NCBI GenBank assembly: GCA_964247055.1
Contig: OZ176052.1
Span: forward strand, 10,726,001-10,790,000
Direction: 5' to 3'
DNA length: 64,000 nucleotides
From: Paragordius varius
Lineage: Eukaryota > Animalia > Nematomorpha
The notes under the pieces: model-generated
The model's input: the letters and a program-made list of their open reading frames with translations, nothing else
Database searches by the model: none
Told to the model about the DNA's origin: nothing
Made by a program: the position numbers and the translations under genes
Shown: piece after piece, positions 39,428 to 52,200 of the stretch
Numbering within the stretch: the stretch's first letter is position 1
How the letters are laid out: the number at the start of each line of letters is the position of its first letter

Positions 39428-41755
39428 ATGGTACTTTGTAAGACATTATTATGTAGCCTTCTTGGGCTAATATGTAGCTCTTTCTTGATGGTCATGGCTC
39501 AACAAAATGTATTAGAATCACATCTGACCTTTTCCAGCCAAATTGCAAACATGGATTTTATAGGTAAAAATATGAACGATAGTAGCGACGATTCGATGAC
39601 AAATACAAATATTCCCATTTCATTTTACATGTTTTCACCGGTAAGTTTTGATATAGCTATTTCCATGTTTATGGATATGACTCAAATCGATGAAATATGT
39701 TTGTTTGGTTTAACCGAATCACCGCTGAATGTTTCCCAATTAGTCAAGCAGCTTAATAATTCAAGTGTAAAAGGAGTGATTAGATATGTCACTATCATAA
39801 TTGATGGAAACTCAAATAATATCAATGGGATTGGGAACAACATTAATATGTCAAACAGTTCGAATACGAAAAAAACTCAATTGCATTATACAAATTTGGC
39901 TTTGTTTGGGGCCAGCAAAATGAGTGTGGCAAATTGGACAGCCATAGGCTATAACATCTCAAGTCTCACTAATATAGCCTTGAATCAAATGTTCTCCAAC
40001 AATTCATCTAGCGCTATGATGAATAAGGTCTATTTCCCTGACAAAGTATTTCCAAATCCGTATCCAAATACCACCAACATTTTTAGCATTATGGAAATTA
40101 ATGCTGCATGGATGGATCCTTTTTTAAAGTATGAAATTGTTTTTCTTGGTATTAAGGAATTTGTACGATTCGTAATTGATAATAATCAGTCTTGAGTCAT
40201 ACTACTTATATATATATATATATGTATATATAAAATCAACTTTATTTGATTTGTTATTTTCTTGATTAACTGTTTTTCGGAGTTAATTATCTCATAACCG
40301 TTTTAAATCTAGAATCAATAATTTAAAAATAACTATTTTTTCCTTATTAAAATAGGGACTTATAATATTTTAAGTCAAAACTTATATAATATAGAAAAAA
40401 ACTTTGGATCTAAAAGAATTTAATTAAGGATAATATATAAGAGCATATAAAAAAAGGATTATTATAATCAATATTATTAAATATCGTTTATAACACGTTT
40501 ATCCATCTGAGAGGTTGATTTTTAATTATTAAAATATCCATAATCTTATTTTTAGATGATTTTAATAATGCTATATATTTTATTTTTAAGCCAAACTGTC
40601 CAAGGGACTTTTGGTAGCATGGGTGCTAATGCTTCAACCGTAACTATTGATTGGATAAAAAACACGAATACAACAGTAAATTGGTACATGTCAATGAAAT
40701 TAAAGTCAAATATTTTAGCAATGAAATTATCATCCTCCACGCCGTCGTCCCTATATTTCGTAATTATTGAGCCTAAAGGGAGAAGTTTGAAATCACTTGA
40801 GAGCTATATTTGCCGCGGTGATCATATTGCACCCGAAATACAAATGGCGCTCATGCCACAAAATTTAAAAATGATTGGGGAATTACTTATCCCCAAAATT
40901 AATGAAGAAAATGTCATAATGATTGATTCTAATGACTTGCTAGATGATGGCATCAAGTAATTAATGCATATAAAGTGAGAAATACGGTTTTTTGTAATCT
41001 AAAAAAGGACTTTTGTTTAAGAATGTGTTTTTACCGGTAAAATATCGGTATGACCCTAATGTTTTTATTCACAGTAACCAGTCACTGTTACAATGCAAAT
41101 ATATATAAATAAAATTGTTTTTCACCACACAAAGTCAACAAAATTATTGTAAATTTTAGCGTTTACATAAAATTAAGTTTAATATTATTATTTATTTGAC
41201 TTCGACTATGTTGTATTTCATGGTGGTATGTAAAAACCTAAATATTTATTAATATTTTTAATTGGGAGCATAATAAATACTTTATCACTCTCATTTTCGT
41301 GCACGCAAAGACGGCCCATACAATTACTATTTTTCAAAAAAAAACATTTCCATATATCTCATATGCCTTAATTTTTAATCATTTTCATAAATATTAGTGA
41401 CAATATGGATAATAAGGTGTATATGTATCAATATACCAGTCTTCAATTAACTCCATGGGGTTTGACATCTATGGTCGATAGTAAAAATAAAACTAAAATG
41501 AACAATACAGATAAGGACATGAATGAAACTACTAAAGTACCTACGACATCGAATTCAATAAACTCTGCGGGGAATAATACAATGACATCCATCTCAAGTA
41601 ACAACACGATGAAAAATAATGTCAGTTCTAATAATACGTCAATGATTTCACAAGTCATGATAGATCGACCCTTCATATATTTCATCATGTACAACAATAT
41701 AATCCTGATGAGAGGAAAATACCAAGGGGACACTAATACGTTGGAATCTAAATAA
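39428..41755 (+). CDS. Highly divergent secreted serpin-like protein with an expanded Asn/Thr/Ser-rich reactive-centre region
   Basis: Exons 39428-40128, 40591-40956, 41398-41755 are phase-consistent (474 aa) and begin with a signal-like leader. Serpin landmarks in order: FSPVSFDIAISM, VANW, INAAWMDPF, YFVIIEP, LLIPKI, and the C-terminal IDRPFIYFIMYNNIILMRGKY signature. Confidence 0.75.
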
Positions 41756-41849
41756 TTATCATTTTATATAATTAACAAACATGCATAATCTAGATTTATC
41801 ATGTCTAAATTATTTATAAACTGTTTTATTCTAAATTTATTGTATAAAC

Positions 41850-43250
41850 TTCACACCGTTTCTAAATAGATGTCTATTGACATTGTGAATAAAATACTTA
41901 TCAAATATTAAAATTTTGGGTCCGGTTGTACTTTTTGGCGGCTTTTTAATCATAGGATGGCTTTCCAAATATGGAAAAATTAAGTCATTCAAAATTAATT
42001 GTATTAACATAATGCGCCTACAGCAAAATACAGCCGTGGATGTTATAAGCTGGTCGCTTAGCGACATTAAATAAAAAAATTTTGTAAAATTTATAGGTAT
42101 GATATATTAATGCTAATATTTCAAATCTTCATGAACAGACAAGAATATTCTGCTTGTAGATTTATCATAAATAATTATTTCCATTTCGGGTGCTCTTGGG
42201 CCATGCGTGTCATTTGAGGAAGGTTGGGGTTAAAGTTGGTGATAAAGATTATATATCTACCTGGTTTAAAAAATGTCTCTTTTTCGGGCTCCTTTGATCA
42301 AACCATGTATAATGTTTTCTTTAACACATCGGATCGTAAAATCTGACCTATTAAATGTAAGCATCAAATCGAAAATTTAATTAAATATAAGTTATCAAAT
42401 CGAAAAGAGAAATTTGGGTTTGATAAAGTTTAGGTAATATTTAAAATCTCAGCTTACTTTGATTCCCAAGATTTTTCAAAAGCACCACATTCAGCATGCG
42501 TTTCAACGGGATATATCTATGGATTTGAAAATCCATGATTCGGATGCATATCAATATTAGAATAGCTAGTTGGGTAGATAAATTAATAACAGTAGAGCTC
42601 CAAATTTAGTTTAATGTGCTCTTAGTGGATGGTTTTATTGATATACGTCGAGATGTCGGATTCCGAATTACCATCTGACATAATAGATTCTAATTTGTAC
42701 TAGTATCTGTGATCCATTTTGAAATCATTAATCATTAGGGGTGCCAAGGAGGCATTTATATCTTTAATCCGGATCTATTTAATTTTAGACAATTATGTTT
42801 GCCTTGATGATTAGTTTATGCAGATTATATCTCTGACAGAAAGGAATTTTATTATGAGAACAGTGTCGGGCATTCATTGCAATTGCAGTTTTAAGTCCTT
42901 CAATGCACACACCGGTGGGGAAATCACAGTTATTAATCAAAATTTTGGTTGATGATCAAAAGGGGAGATTATAAACACCCATGCATAAGTCCATTAAGGA
43001 TAGAAACCAATCGGTGGGACTTAATAAGATTTAGGATATAGCGAATGTACTAAATGTATTTCGTGTTTGGAGATGCTGTAACAATATAGAATATGCCACA
43101 AAGAGCAGTTCACCAAAAAAATTTAGTTAAGCAATATGTGTGATTCTGTCTTTTTTAATGTGAAGCAGCCAAAAGTGGTATTAACTTTCTTATATAACTA
43201 GCAAAGCCAGAGACCAAAAAGACCATGAGAATCCTGAAACATTTATCCAT
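41850..43250 (-). pseudogene. Possible decayed gene for a secreted protein of unknown family
   Basis: GC-richer than the flanks; signal-like start MDKCFRILMVFLVSGFAS at 43250; a phase-compatible intron (gaatcaaa|gtaagc...aatag|gtcag) joins IYPVETHAECGAFEKSWES to KSDFTIRCVKENIIHGL. Many stops and frameshifts elsewhere. Confidence 0.3.
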
Positions 43251-43716
43251 CAGAATATATTCATAAGAATATTTTTTATGCAGTGTGGTATATAGAATGT
43301 TTAATTACTTAAAGTGTTTTTATACGGTTTTCATCCAAAATCCAAAATATCATAAAATAAAGTTTATCCAAATTTTGCAAAAAATTAAATTTTTTAACAA
43401 CGCATGGATATTTTCAAAATATATAAATTGATGTTATAATCTAGCGCTTTTGGCTTTTGTATGTATTTTTTAAAAAATCGTCCATTTCAGAGAAAGATAA
43501 AGATTTAAGACTTTCGGAGCTCTCATCTAAAAACTTTGTATTAAATATATTAAAAAAAATTGTATAATGCGCTTAAACGTTTCGAAAGCATATTTTTAAA
43601 TTCTAGTTTAATAGTTTAAATATTTTAGATATTCCAATCTCAAATCGCATTGGGATATTTAATCCCAAAATGAACTGCTACATCACTACCCGGAGCTAAA
43701 AATATACAGTTTAGAG

Positions 43717-45248
43717 CAGTGGTACTCACCAAAAAAATTGACGGGCCAAATAAAATATATATTTTTTTCGAGGGTTATGAAATTTATAATGGCAAAATTC
43801 CAAAGCACGTTTTCAATTAGTTTAAAAAATTAAAATATTTTGATAACTACATTTATTTTGATATTAATCAAAATTTTTGACAAATTTGGTTTCGCCTCAT
43901 GACAGGCCAATCTTAATACGTCGTCCATATGATTATCGGTTGATTTCTGTATGTATTCCTACTTCATTTTTGAATATACCGTCTCACACTTATAGGTTGA
44001 CTGAAAAACAGTTAGGATAACTTGAGAAGTTTTTTATGTTTATGATTATTTGGCACATCTTGCCAAAACTCTACACATCTTTCTTCCCAACGATTCTCCT
44101 TGAATATATCCTATGTATGGGAATCATTTTAAAAATCTAAGAATTCTTCAATAATGTGCGCCTGATCAAAACCGAAATGAACAAGTTGCTCATTATTGAA
44201 TATATCCATATGCCATGTAAATTTTGAAATATGAATTCCATCTCATTAGATAAAAATGTTAAATGATTTTCTATTATTAAATTAATCTCCGCGGTAAATT
44301 CCATATATTCTTCATATATCATTAAGTGTTGAAAAATATAGGAGTGTTTTAATTAAAAACTTGTTATTTATTATTTATTTTTCTTTAAAAGCAAATATTT
44401 GATTAGTAGATTGGGTTATTAATTTGCTTCCTTAAAGGCTTTTATTAAAAAAGTTTTTAAGTAATGTCGCAAAGGTAGGCTAATAAAAACCACCATTTCT
44501 ATTGATTTCCTCGTCAAACTTTCTGTTATTTTTAGAATCTCATGTCTTAAAACAAAAAATCTATTTAACACAAAGCCTAGCATCTCACAGCTGTGTACAA
44601 AAGAATATCATCAAACTCCCTGTTAATATCTTTCAGAAGGTTTATGAATTTACGGGGGTTCATTTCTATTTAAAACGACAAAGAATTTCCTTTCATTCTT
44701 TTTTAAAGGAGCGATTTTCATCGAATAATTTACTTATTTTAGCATTAGATGTCATCCTATGAATTTATTAAATATTATGCATTTTTCAAAATAGGAATAT
44801 AATTTGAATTATGCTATAAAAAATCAGGTCGAAATTTTATGAGTTGATTTGAAAAATATTTTATGGGAATGAGTTATAAAAAAATGCAAGATAGCAATGA
44901 AAAGAATATGAATATGCAAGTTTGGGTGAAAGGCTTGCTTAAATACAAAAAAGGACTGCAATAAAATTTTATAATAGAAAAGAAAATAGAATACAGAAAC
45001 AGAAACAGAAACAGAAACAACGTGTGCCAAAATGGTGAAATCACTATAATGTAGGAAAATTTTTCTACATTTCAAATTGGGTAACAAAAATAAATCTAAA
45101 AAAATAAATTAAGATTAAATAAGTTAAAATTCGTTTATGTGTTAAAAATTCATCAATAAAAAAATTTAGTATCAATATGATTATAGGGCAATTTTAAAAC
45201 ACTCCTAGGGCCGCATGCGGCCCGCGGGCCGCGGTTGGAGTATTACTG
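43717..45248 (-). mobile_element. Internally deleted, degenerate hAT DNA transposon
   Basis: Imperfect TIRs cagtggtactcacc / ggttggagtattactg; 8-bp TSD gtttagag/gtttagaa (7/8). Minus-strand remnant LTVFQSTYKCETVYSKMK..DNHMDDVLRLA resembles the hAT C-terminal dimerisation domain. Confidence 0.8.
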
Positions 45249-45299
45249 GTTTAGAATCTATTTTTTCCTTTTTCTAAAAGGATAAGGACTTAAATTGCA

Positions 45300-45432
45300 T
45301 CCAGATTTGTGTAAGCTAAACACTCGCCTGGCTGGGACTGACAGTGATTATGGAAAAATTTCCTAGTTTCTGGGTTCAAACACTGGCCCTCAGTGTAAGA
45401 GTTCGGCGCCCTACCTACTATACCATCGCGCC
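45300..45432 (-). mobile_element. tRNA-Lys(CTT)-like SINE head or tRNA pseudogene
   Basis: Minus strand ggcgcgaTGGTATAGTAGGtagggcgccgaaCTCTTACactgagggccagtGTTTGAACCcag: A-box, CTT anticodon-loop-like segment and near B-box, but no acceptor-stem pairing. The 3' extent is uncertain. Confidence 0.45.
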
Positions 45433-45571
45433 TTATACCATCAGCCAAAAGCATTATAGAATCCTGATATATTTATTCATCGATCTCATTAAAATATTTT
45501 TTAGCGTGCAAAAAAAGTAAAGAATAAATTTTAACATTTCAATTCAATTAGTGTAATTAGTGACCTTAGAC

Positions 45572-45644
45572 CAGGGGTGTCCAACACAAATGGCTTGAAG
45601 AGCCACCTTTTCGAACTCAAAATTTCAAAGAGCCACTTTTTATT

Positions 45645-45676
<32 letters not shown>

Positions 45677-48104
45677 CAAGACATTGGTAACAAATAAATT
45701 TATTATATTAACATATAGATGTGCTAATTTTCATATAAAAAGAGAATAAACAGTATAAATATAAAAATGCTTTGCTAATTAAATTATATCAATGTGTAAA
45801 AAAAAGATAAAATGGATATGGTAAACTCTAGCAATTTGAAAGTATGACTAGAGTAGACTGTGGCGAATTTAATCGCCAAAATTTAACCTTTTTTTATCTA
45901 ATAAAAATAAAAGAAATAAATATTTTTCATCGCATAAATAAATTTTTAATGGGATATTTAATAATTTTTTTGCTTAATACTTTCAGGTCTATATCAATAT
46001 TTGATACAGCACATCTCAATTTATTCTCCAAGTTTTCATCAGTTAATAAAATACGTGAGATTTTGTGTATTTCATTTCAGCAAAAAAACTTTCACAAAGA
46101 TAAGTGGACCCAAAAGCTAATCTTTGTGCAAAAATTCTTAAATTAGGAAATTTATCAAACGTTATATATTTTTTATAAAATTCAATTTTATTTGTTTGCC
46201 CAAATAATAATTTTAATATTGCAAATCTAGTAATTCCATTTGTAAATTAATAGGAGCGTTGATAGCTTCAACGTAGAATGGACAACAAAATAAATCAAAT
46301 ATTTTTTCATATTTTGTCATATCCCCGTATCGATTATTGAATGCTTTTGATAGTATGTTAATTTGATCTGCATATTCTGAAAAATCGTTAGTTTTACCAG
46401 CTTTGAATCAATTCAATTCTGGAAAATGTTCAGCATTATTTTTTTAAATGGCATTCAAATAACGTCATTTTTTTACAAAACGCTTTAATATGGTTATTCG
46501 CATCAAAAATTAAATTATCTTGATTTTGCAAGGATTCATTTAATTGATTTAGTTTTCGGTAATATCTACGGAAAAGCAGATATCTGACAACCAATCTTCA
46601 TTGGTTAATTCCTCTACCAAATAATTATTCTGCGATAGAAAAATATTTATTTCTTTTAATAAATAATAAAACCATTTTAGACATTTCCCTCGACTAAGCC
46701 ACCTTACATTTGATAAAATATAAGATCTCCATATTCTGAATGAATTTCTTTGAATAACTCCTTAAACTGCCTATGCTGCAAAGTATAAGATTTTATGAAA
46801 TTAACTACTTTAATAACAACGGTCATAACATTGTCCATTGTCAGAGCATGTGCGCAGAGATTTTCACGGTGAATCATGCAATGCAATATATATATGGTCA
46901 ATATTTATATCATCGGATTCCATCTTATTTAACAATATTCCACGGTTCCCTTGTTTTTTCCCATCATAGCTGGGGCACCATCTATTGTCAAACAAGATAG
47001 GGCCCTCATATAATTTATTGTCCTCAATACATTTTAAAATTGCATGAAACATATAATCTTCCTTAGTTGTATTTTTCATCGGAAATAAGCCTAACATATC
47101 TTCTGGTATATTAAAAAATTCATCTATCCCTCGAATAAAGACTACCAATTGTGATATGTTGCTTATATCTGTGCTTTCATCAAATGACAAGGAAAACGCC
47201 ACAAAATTTTAAATTCTTTCTTTTTGGGAAAGTTGAATTTCTTCTGCGATGTCTGTAATTCGTCGACACATAGTATTGGGTGAAAGACTTATATTGGATA
47301 TTAATTCAACTTTACTAGGCAAAATTACAATTTCCAGTACGCATTCCTTTACAAACTAACCATCAGAATAAGGCTTCACTTCTTTGGCGAGTAAATTGTT
47401 GGCAACAATACAACTTGCCTTTACTATCGCATAAGGTTGCGTGAATGAAATTGTTGTTGGAGATTATTAATATTTTTTAAAGATTCTAATTTTATTATTT
47501 TCATTTTTGTAGTCATATAAATAAAATCCAAATGCATGGTATTGGCATGTCTTTTTAATATATTCGCGAAACCCGTTTGTCGTAAATTTGCAAATAAGGC
47601 ACTCCGCTTTGTTAAAAATTTGAGTAAACCCATATTTTAATTCCCAATCGGGATAGTATTTTCTAGTTACTTTTTTAGATTTATGCATATTAAAAGATAA
47701 ATAAATTATTTTAAATACCTATTTTTATGCAAGTAATTTAATGTTTCAATGGACCCAAATTATAATTCACAGTATTGGTATGAAAGCTTAAATTATTTTA
47801 AATACCTATTTTTTGCAAGTAATTGATTATTTTAATTTAATGTGAAATTTATCATCTGGAAGTTCGAAAACATGCAGGAAAAAATGTGTTTTATAAATGA
47901 TTAAATAAATGCGATGATAGATTATAATAAATAATTTTATTAAAAGTTTCTAAAAATATTTTAAATGTCAAAATAAAAATGCATAATTTAAATATAAAAT
48001 TTTTTTAAAAAAATAGAAATTATTTTTATTTTCAAAATTTTCAAAGAGCCACTCATTTTCAATGAGCCACTAGTGGCTCGCGAGTATCCTGTTGGACACC
48101 CCTG
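45572..48104 (-). mobile_element. hAT transposon (Charlie/SPIN, GTF2IRD2-like transposase), near full length but frameshifted
   Basis: Perfect 14-bp TIR caggggtgtccaac / gttggacacccctg and perfect 8-bp TSD ccttagac (45564-45571, 48105-48112). Transposase fragments at ~47688-46170: YYPDWELKYGF..AECLIC, FSLSFDESTDISNISQLVVFIRG, LHCMIHRENLCA, WLSRG-like motif. Confidence 0.92.
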
Positions 48105-48320
48105 CCTTAGACAATATATAGATATTATTTTAAAATTCTCAAAGGGACGGTTACTATTTAGTATTATGCTTCAATCTTAATAAAATATATAAAATAGGCA
48201 AAAATATTTGAATAAAATTTGGATTTAAAATATTTCATATTATATTATTTCGGCGTCAGTTTATTTTGCAAATATTCGCAAAACGTGTTTTATTTAATTT
48301 AACGCTTAATATTTTATTAA

Positions 48321-48878
48321 CACTTCGATTCACATTGGGGTATCTAAATACCCAAGACTAAATTTGAGTTAGGATTTTAATAAACTACTGAAGGAAACGG
48401 TTCCAATTTAATTTTATGCTTCTATCCTATTAAAAATTATATAAATATGCCAAAATATTCAAATTAAATTTTGTTTTGAAAAAAAATTTCCATGTCACTA
48501 CGACGCGAAATTTTTGCAAAATATCGTCTTCATTTAATTTTAAGGGTAAAATTAAAGCTTTTTTTTTAAAATTACATCTAACATTGATAGTAAAAGAAAA
48601 AGCTGTTTATTTTGTATTCTTTTTCAATTTTACCATTGCACGCATGCCACGTTATCTAAATTATAACCTTTCGGTTTAAGCTTAAAGTAATTAATATAAA
48701 GTATTTTTGAATGAAATATTTAATATATTTCGGTTTATTAATGGTATATATGTTTAAAATTTAACCATAGTTTTGATTCCTTCCATATTTTTAAAGAATT
48801 TAATTTTAAACAGGCCCGGCGTATTTAACTACCCCAATTTAAAACGGAGGACAAAAATGAATGTGTTGTATCCAAGTG
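48321..48878 (-). mobile_element. piggyBac-type MITE, reverse orientation
   Basis: TTAA on both sides; reverse-complement match to 29486-30050; ends about 370 bp upstream of the putative NPDC1 start. Confidence 0.85.
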
Positions 48879-49248
48879 TTAATATAATCATATTTTACAT
48901 TGCTAGAAATAGCAAAAGTGAATCATTTTATATTATTTTATATTTAGCTATTCACATGTAATTAAGGCTAAATTTTTACTTTTAGGTTTTTCCTTAGTAT
49001 GCTGTGTTTTGAATTAATCTCTTATCATCAATGTTTATTAAGTCCAAACTTTTTCTACGGTTTTAATTTATTCCAAATTTTTTGAAATAAATAATTGTGC
49101 TTAAACCATATCTATTGATATATGCATTGGTTATAAAAGTTAAAGTCAATAAATAATTTTATTTATCGGAAAATTTTAATGGCCAACTTTTTTTAAAAAA
49201 TTAATTTTTGCAATAAACAGATTCTTTAGCCATTCATGGTTACAACAC

Positions 49249-52200
49249 ATGTATGATTCTCAAGTGGGCGTTTTCGCTTGTCTTTTATTTTCGATTCCTG
49301 CCGTTTTAAGCAAGGAATATGTCCGCTTTGTTCCAGATATAATAATTCAAAAAAAAGCTATAGCGCATGTAGATAGCCATTCTTACATAATTCGTATAAA
49401 TATTTTTTAATTTTTTAGCTTTCATAGCTGGTGGTTCTGTAGCTCTTATGGCGGTATTACTTGTGTCAATATTCATTTATCAAAGGTATGTGTTTTTTTT
49501 ATTTATTTCATAATGTTTTATAAAAATGTTGATTGATTTTATCAAACTTCTAGAAAAAAATCTCAACGTTCGCCTCTCACAAATATATATGATGGCGAAT
49601 ACATACCTAAATCATCTCCCATCCCTACGAAAGAGTCAGGGAAACACTCCATTTTAGCTAATGGGATAAAGAATGGATTTTTGACCAGATCGTCCGCACG
49701 AAATGGGGGAATTCTTAAAGGTGGATATGGGGCCTCGTCGGAAGACGATGAAACAGCTGGTAATTTAGATGCTAGACTTTCGCAAAGTGCTCATCTCTAT
49801 CAATACCAACATGCCAAACAGCAAATGCTTTCACTACAAAAGTAAGCAGAACCTTTGTAAATAGCGTTCCTTTAAAAAAATAACGATTAAATTTCAGATA
49901 GACTCACATAATATGAAATATCACTATTTAATGATATAAAATTTATATTATTTTAACTTAATTATTTCATTTCGTTTTGTCGTATTTAATTTAAACATAT
50001 TGCATTTGTTGTATCAAATGACTGTTATAAGTAATTAGGCCAATTAATATTTTTTTGATGGTTAAATACCTATCCCTAATTCCTAATATTGAAAGTTGTG
50101 TATAGTGTCATGTCTAAATTGTTTTTTATCAAATAGAAGTAATTAGTAGTTATTATATTAAAATATGAAGTCTAAATGTATGTGTAATTTGCAAAATTAA
50201 TTTTAGTTGCAAAACTATTATTTGGTTATATCATCAACCATATTGCTAATAGGATTGATTCTTAAATATTAATTGTCGAAAAAACGTTTTATCGCTAAAT
50301 GACTTATTACATTCTTATATTAACTTGTCTTTTTTTACGAAATTGCTTCTACTATCATAAATTTTGCTATTACGCAACCATGTATAACCTTGAACCAAAA
50401 CAAAAAGAATTTTAAAATAAAATTTTTACTACTAAATTCAGATCCTTTTTTCTGTCGTCAGAAATATCGATCGATATAATAATAATATGCTTGTAATGCC
50501 ATTCTGACTATTAAAGATGAGCTAAAATTTTTTATCCTTTACCAAAGTTAATTTTTTCAATTAATCATATTTTGTTTCTTTAAGTATTGCTACTAAATAT
50601 GGATTTTTATATTTTTGGTATGAGGAATAGTATGTATCAAAAGTATAAAAAATTATTTATACATCATTTGCGTCAATGATGAATGCTTTTAGTGTGTGTG
50701 AGTATTTATACATTGTAATTAGTTTTCCTGGTAATAGTTATTATTTACGTCAAAGACATATTTTGCAATTTAAGTCTAATGTAGGGTCAAAAATAAATAA
50801 TTAATCAATATATCTACAGACAAACTCATTATGATTAAGAATGGAATAAAATATTTAATTAATTCTATCTTTATTAGAAAAATTATGATCTATTTGGGTT
50901 TGGCATAAATTAAAATAATTTTTTCATACCTTAGGATTTTTTTTCTCGCGTTACACATAAAAATTGGCAAAAACGGTCATTTTATCACTATACACACATA
51001 TTATTAATCCTTAATTTTTTTTTAATAGATTGGTTCCAAAGAATGCGGTTGCAAATCATTAAAAACAATCTCGATTGTAATAAATTATAAATAATTTGTT
51101 AGTAACCATTTACCAATTTGTCGCAATGGCAAAAAATTATTGTTTATGCTTAGGCATACATAATATTAGCTAAAAAAATGTCATTTTTCTGTAAAGAATA
51201 AACTGCGCCAAAATAGTCCACTCACTAAGACTTCAGCTGCAGTATTATTGGTTATATGACTCATTATTTTGTTAATAAGGAAAAAAAACTAGAATGCGTG
51301 AGTTAGTAGGATTTTTTTCATATTATCTACTTAAATTCTCATTGCACCTAATCGAAAAAATATTTTTGCTTACCCATGAAATTTTTTTATTAAAGAAATA
51401 CTAATATATAAGCAATTAGTACCCACTTTATTGTTATTTTGGCCAATTGACAATAAACATGTGACTAACAAACAACATATGGGTGAAACATAATTTGTAC
51501 ATTTCATAATAATGAACAAAATATGTTTTACATTATACACTATTGTATTGCCAATTCGCCAAAAATACAATGAAGTGGGTACTCTAATAAGGTGTTTATT
51601 GTAAGAGAGTTTATTTGCGCCATAAAACAAGCAATTTTAAGCCTCATTTTCCTTTATAAATTATGCATTTTTTTCAGACAAATGTCCGTATTAAAGGACA
51701 ATGATGATGATGATGAATACATCAATGAGGAGGAAAGTACGGATGAAGAAATGTTTAAGAAGGGAAATAATCCACCAAACATTAAAACTGGTGCTGGTAA
51801 AGATACCACAACAGTCGTAAACAGTGATTTAAGTGATTTTGAATCTCAACAACATGAAACAGGCAAAAATGGAATAAAACATATCAATATCAAAGACGAT
51901 ACTTTTAATCGAAGGACAAGAGTAGATTCTGGTGGTGATTATACAGTTTATGAGTGTCCGGGGCTTGCTTCGGTAATGTAACTTTTTTAAACGTTTTTTT
52001 TCCTATAGTAAAATAAGAATCAAAAAGTATTTTTTTTTCATTAAGAAAACTTATAATATTTTCTACATAACTCTTGAAATACTAATAGAATGGGCTACAA
52101 CATCTATAATTATTTCGCAGCCCCAAACAACAGGTTTTTAAATAGGTTTTTTTGTAGAAAATCTAGTTTTAAATATTTGTCTTTATAAATTTAGTTACAC

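Noticed and set aside
42960-43030. SPTDWF..MDLC resembling the Spondin_N PSPDWF..LDLC motif
   Set aside because: The following YPYDAGTD motif is absent and the frame is closed by stops; insufficient to name the family.
42460-43200. In-frame TAA/TAG codons in the decayed gene read plausibly as Gln, suggesting a ciliate-type genetic code or C>T hypermutation
   Set aside because: Every stop codon is one C>T change from CAA/CAG/CGA, so the pattern is uninformative. The stop density is near what AT-rich random sequence gives, TGA stops and frameshifts also occur, and neighbouring genes use TAA/TGA as normal stops.
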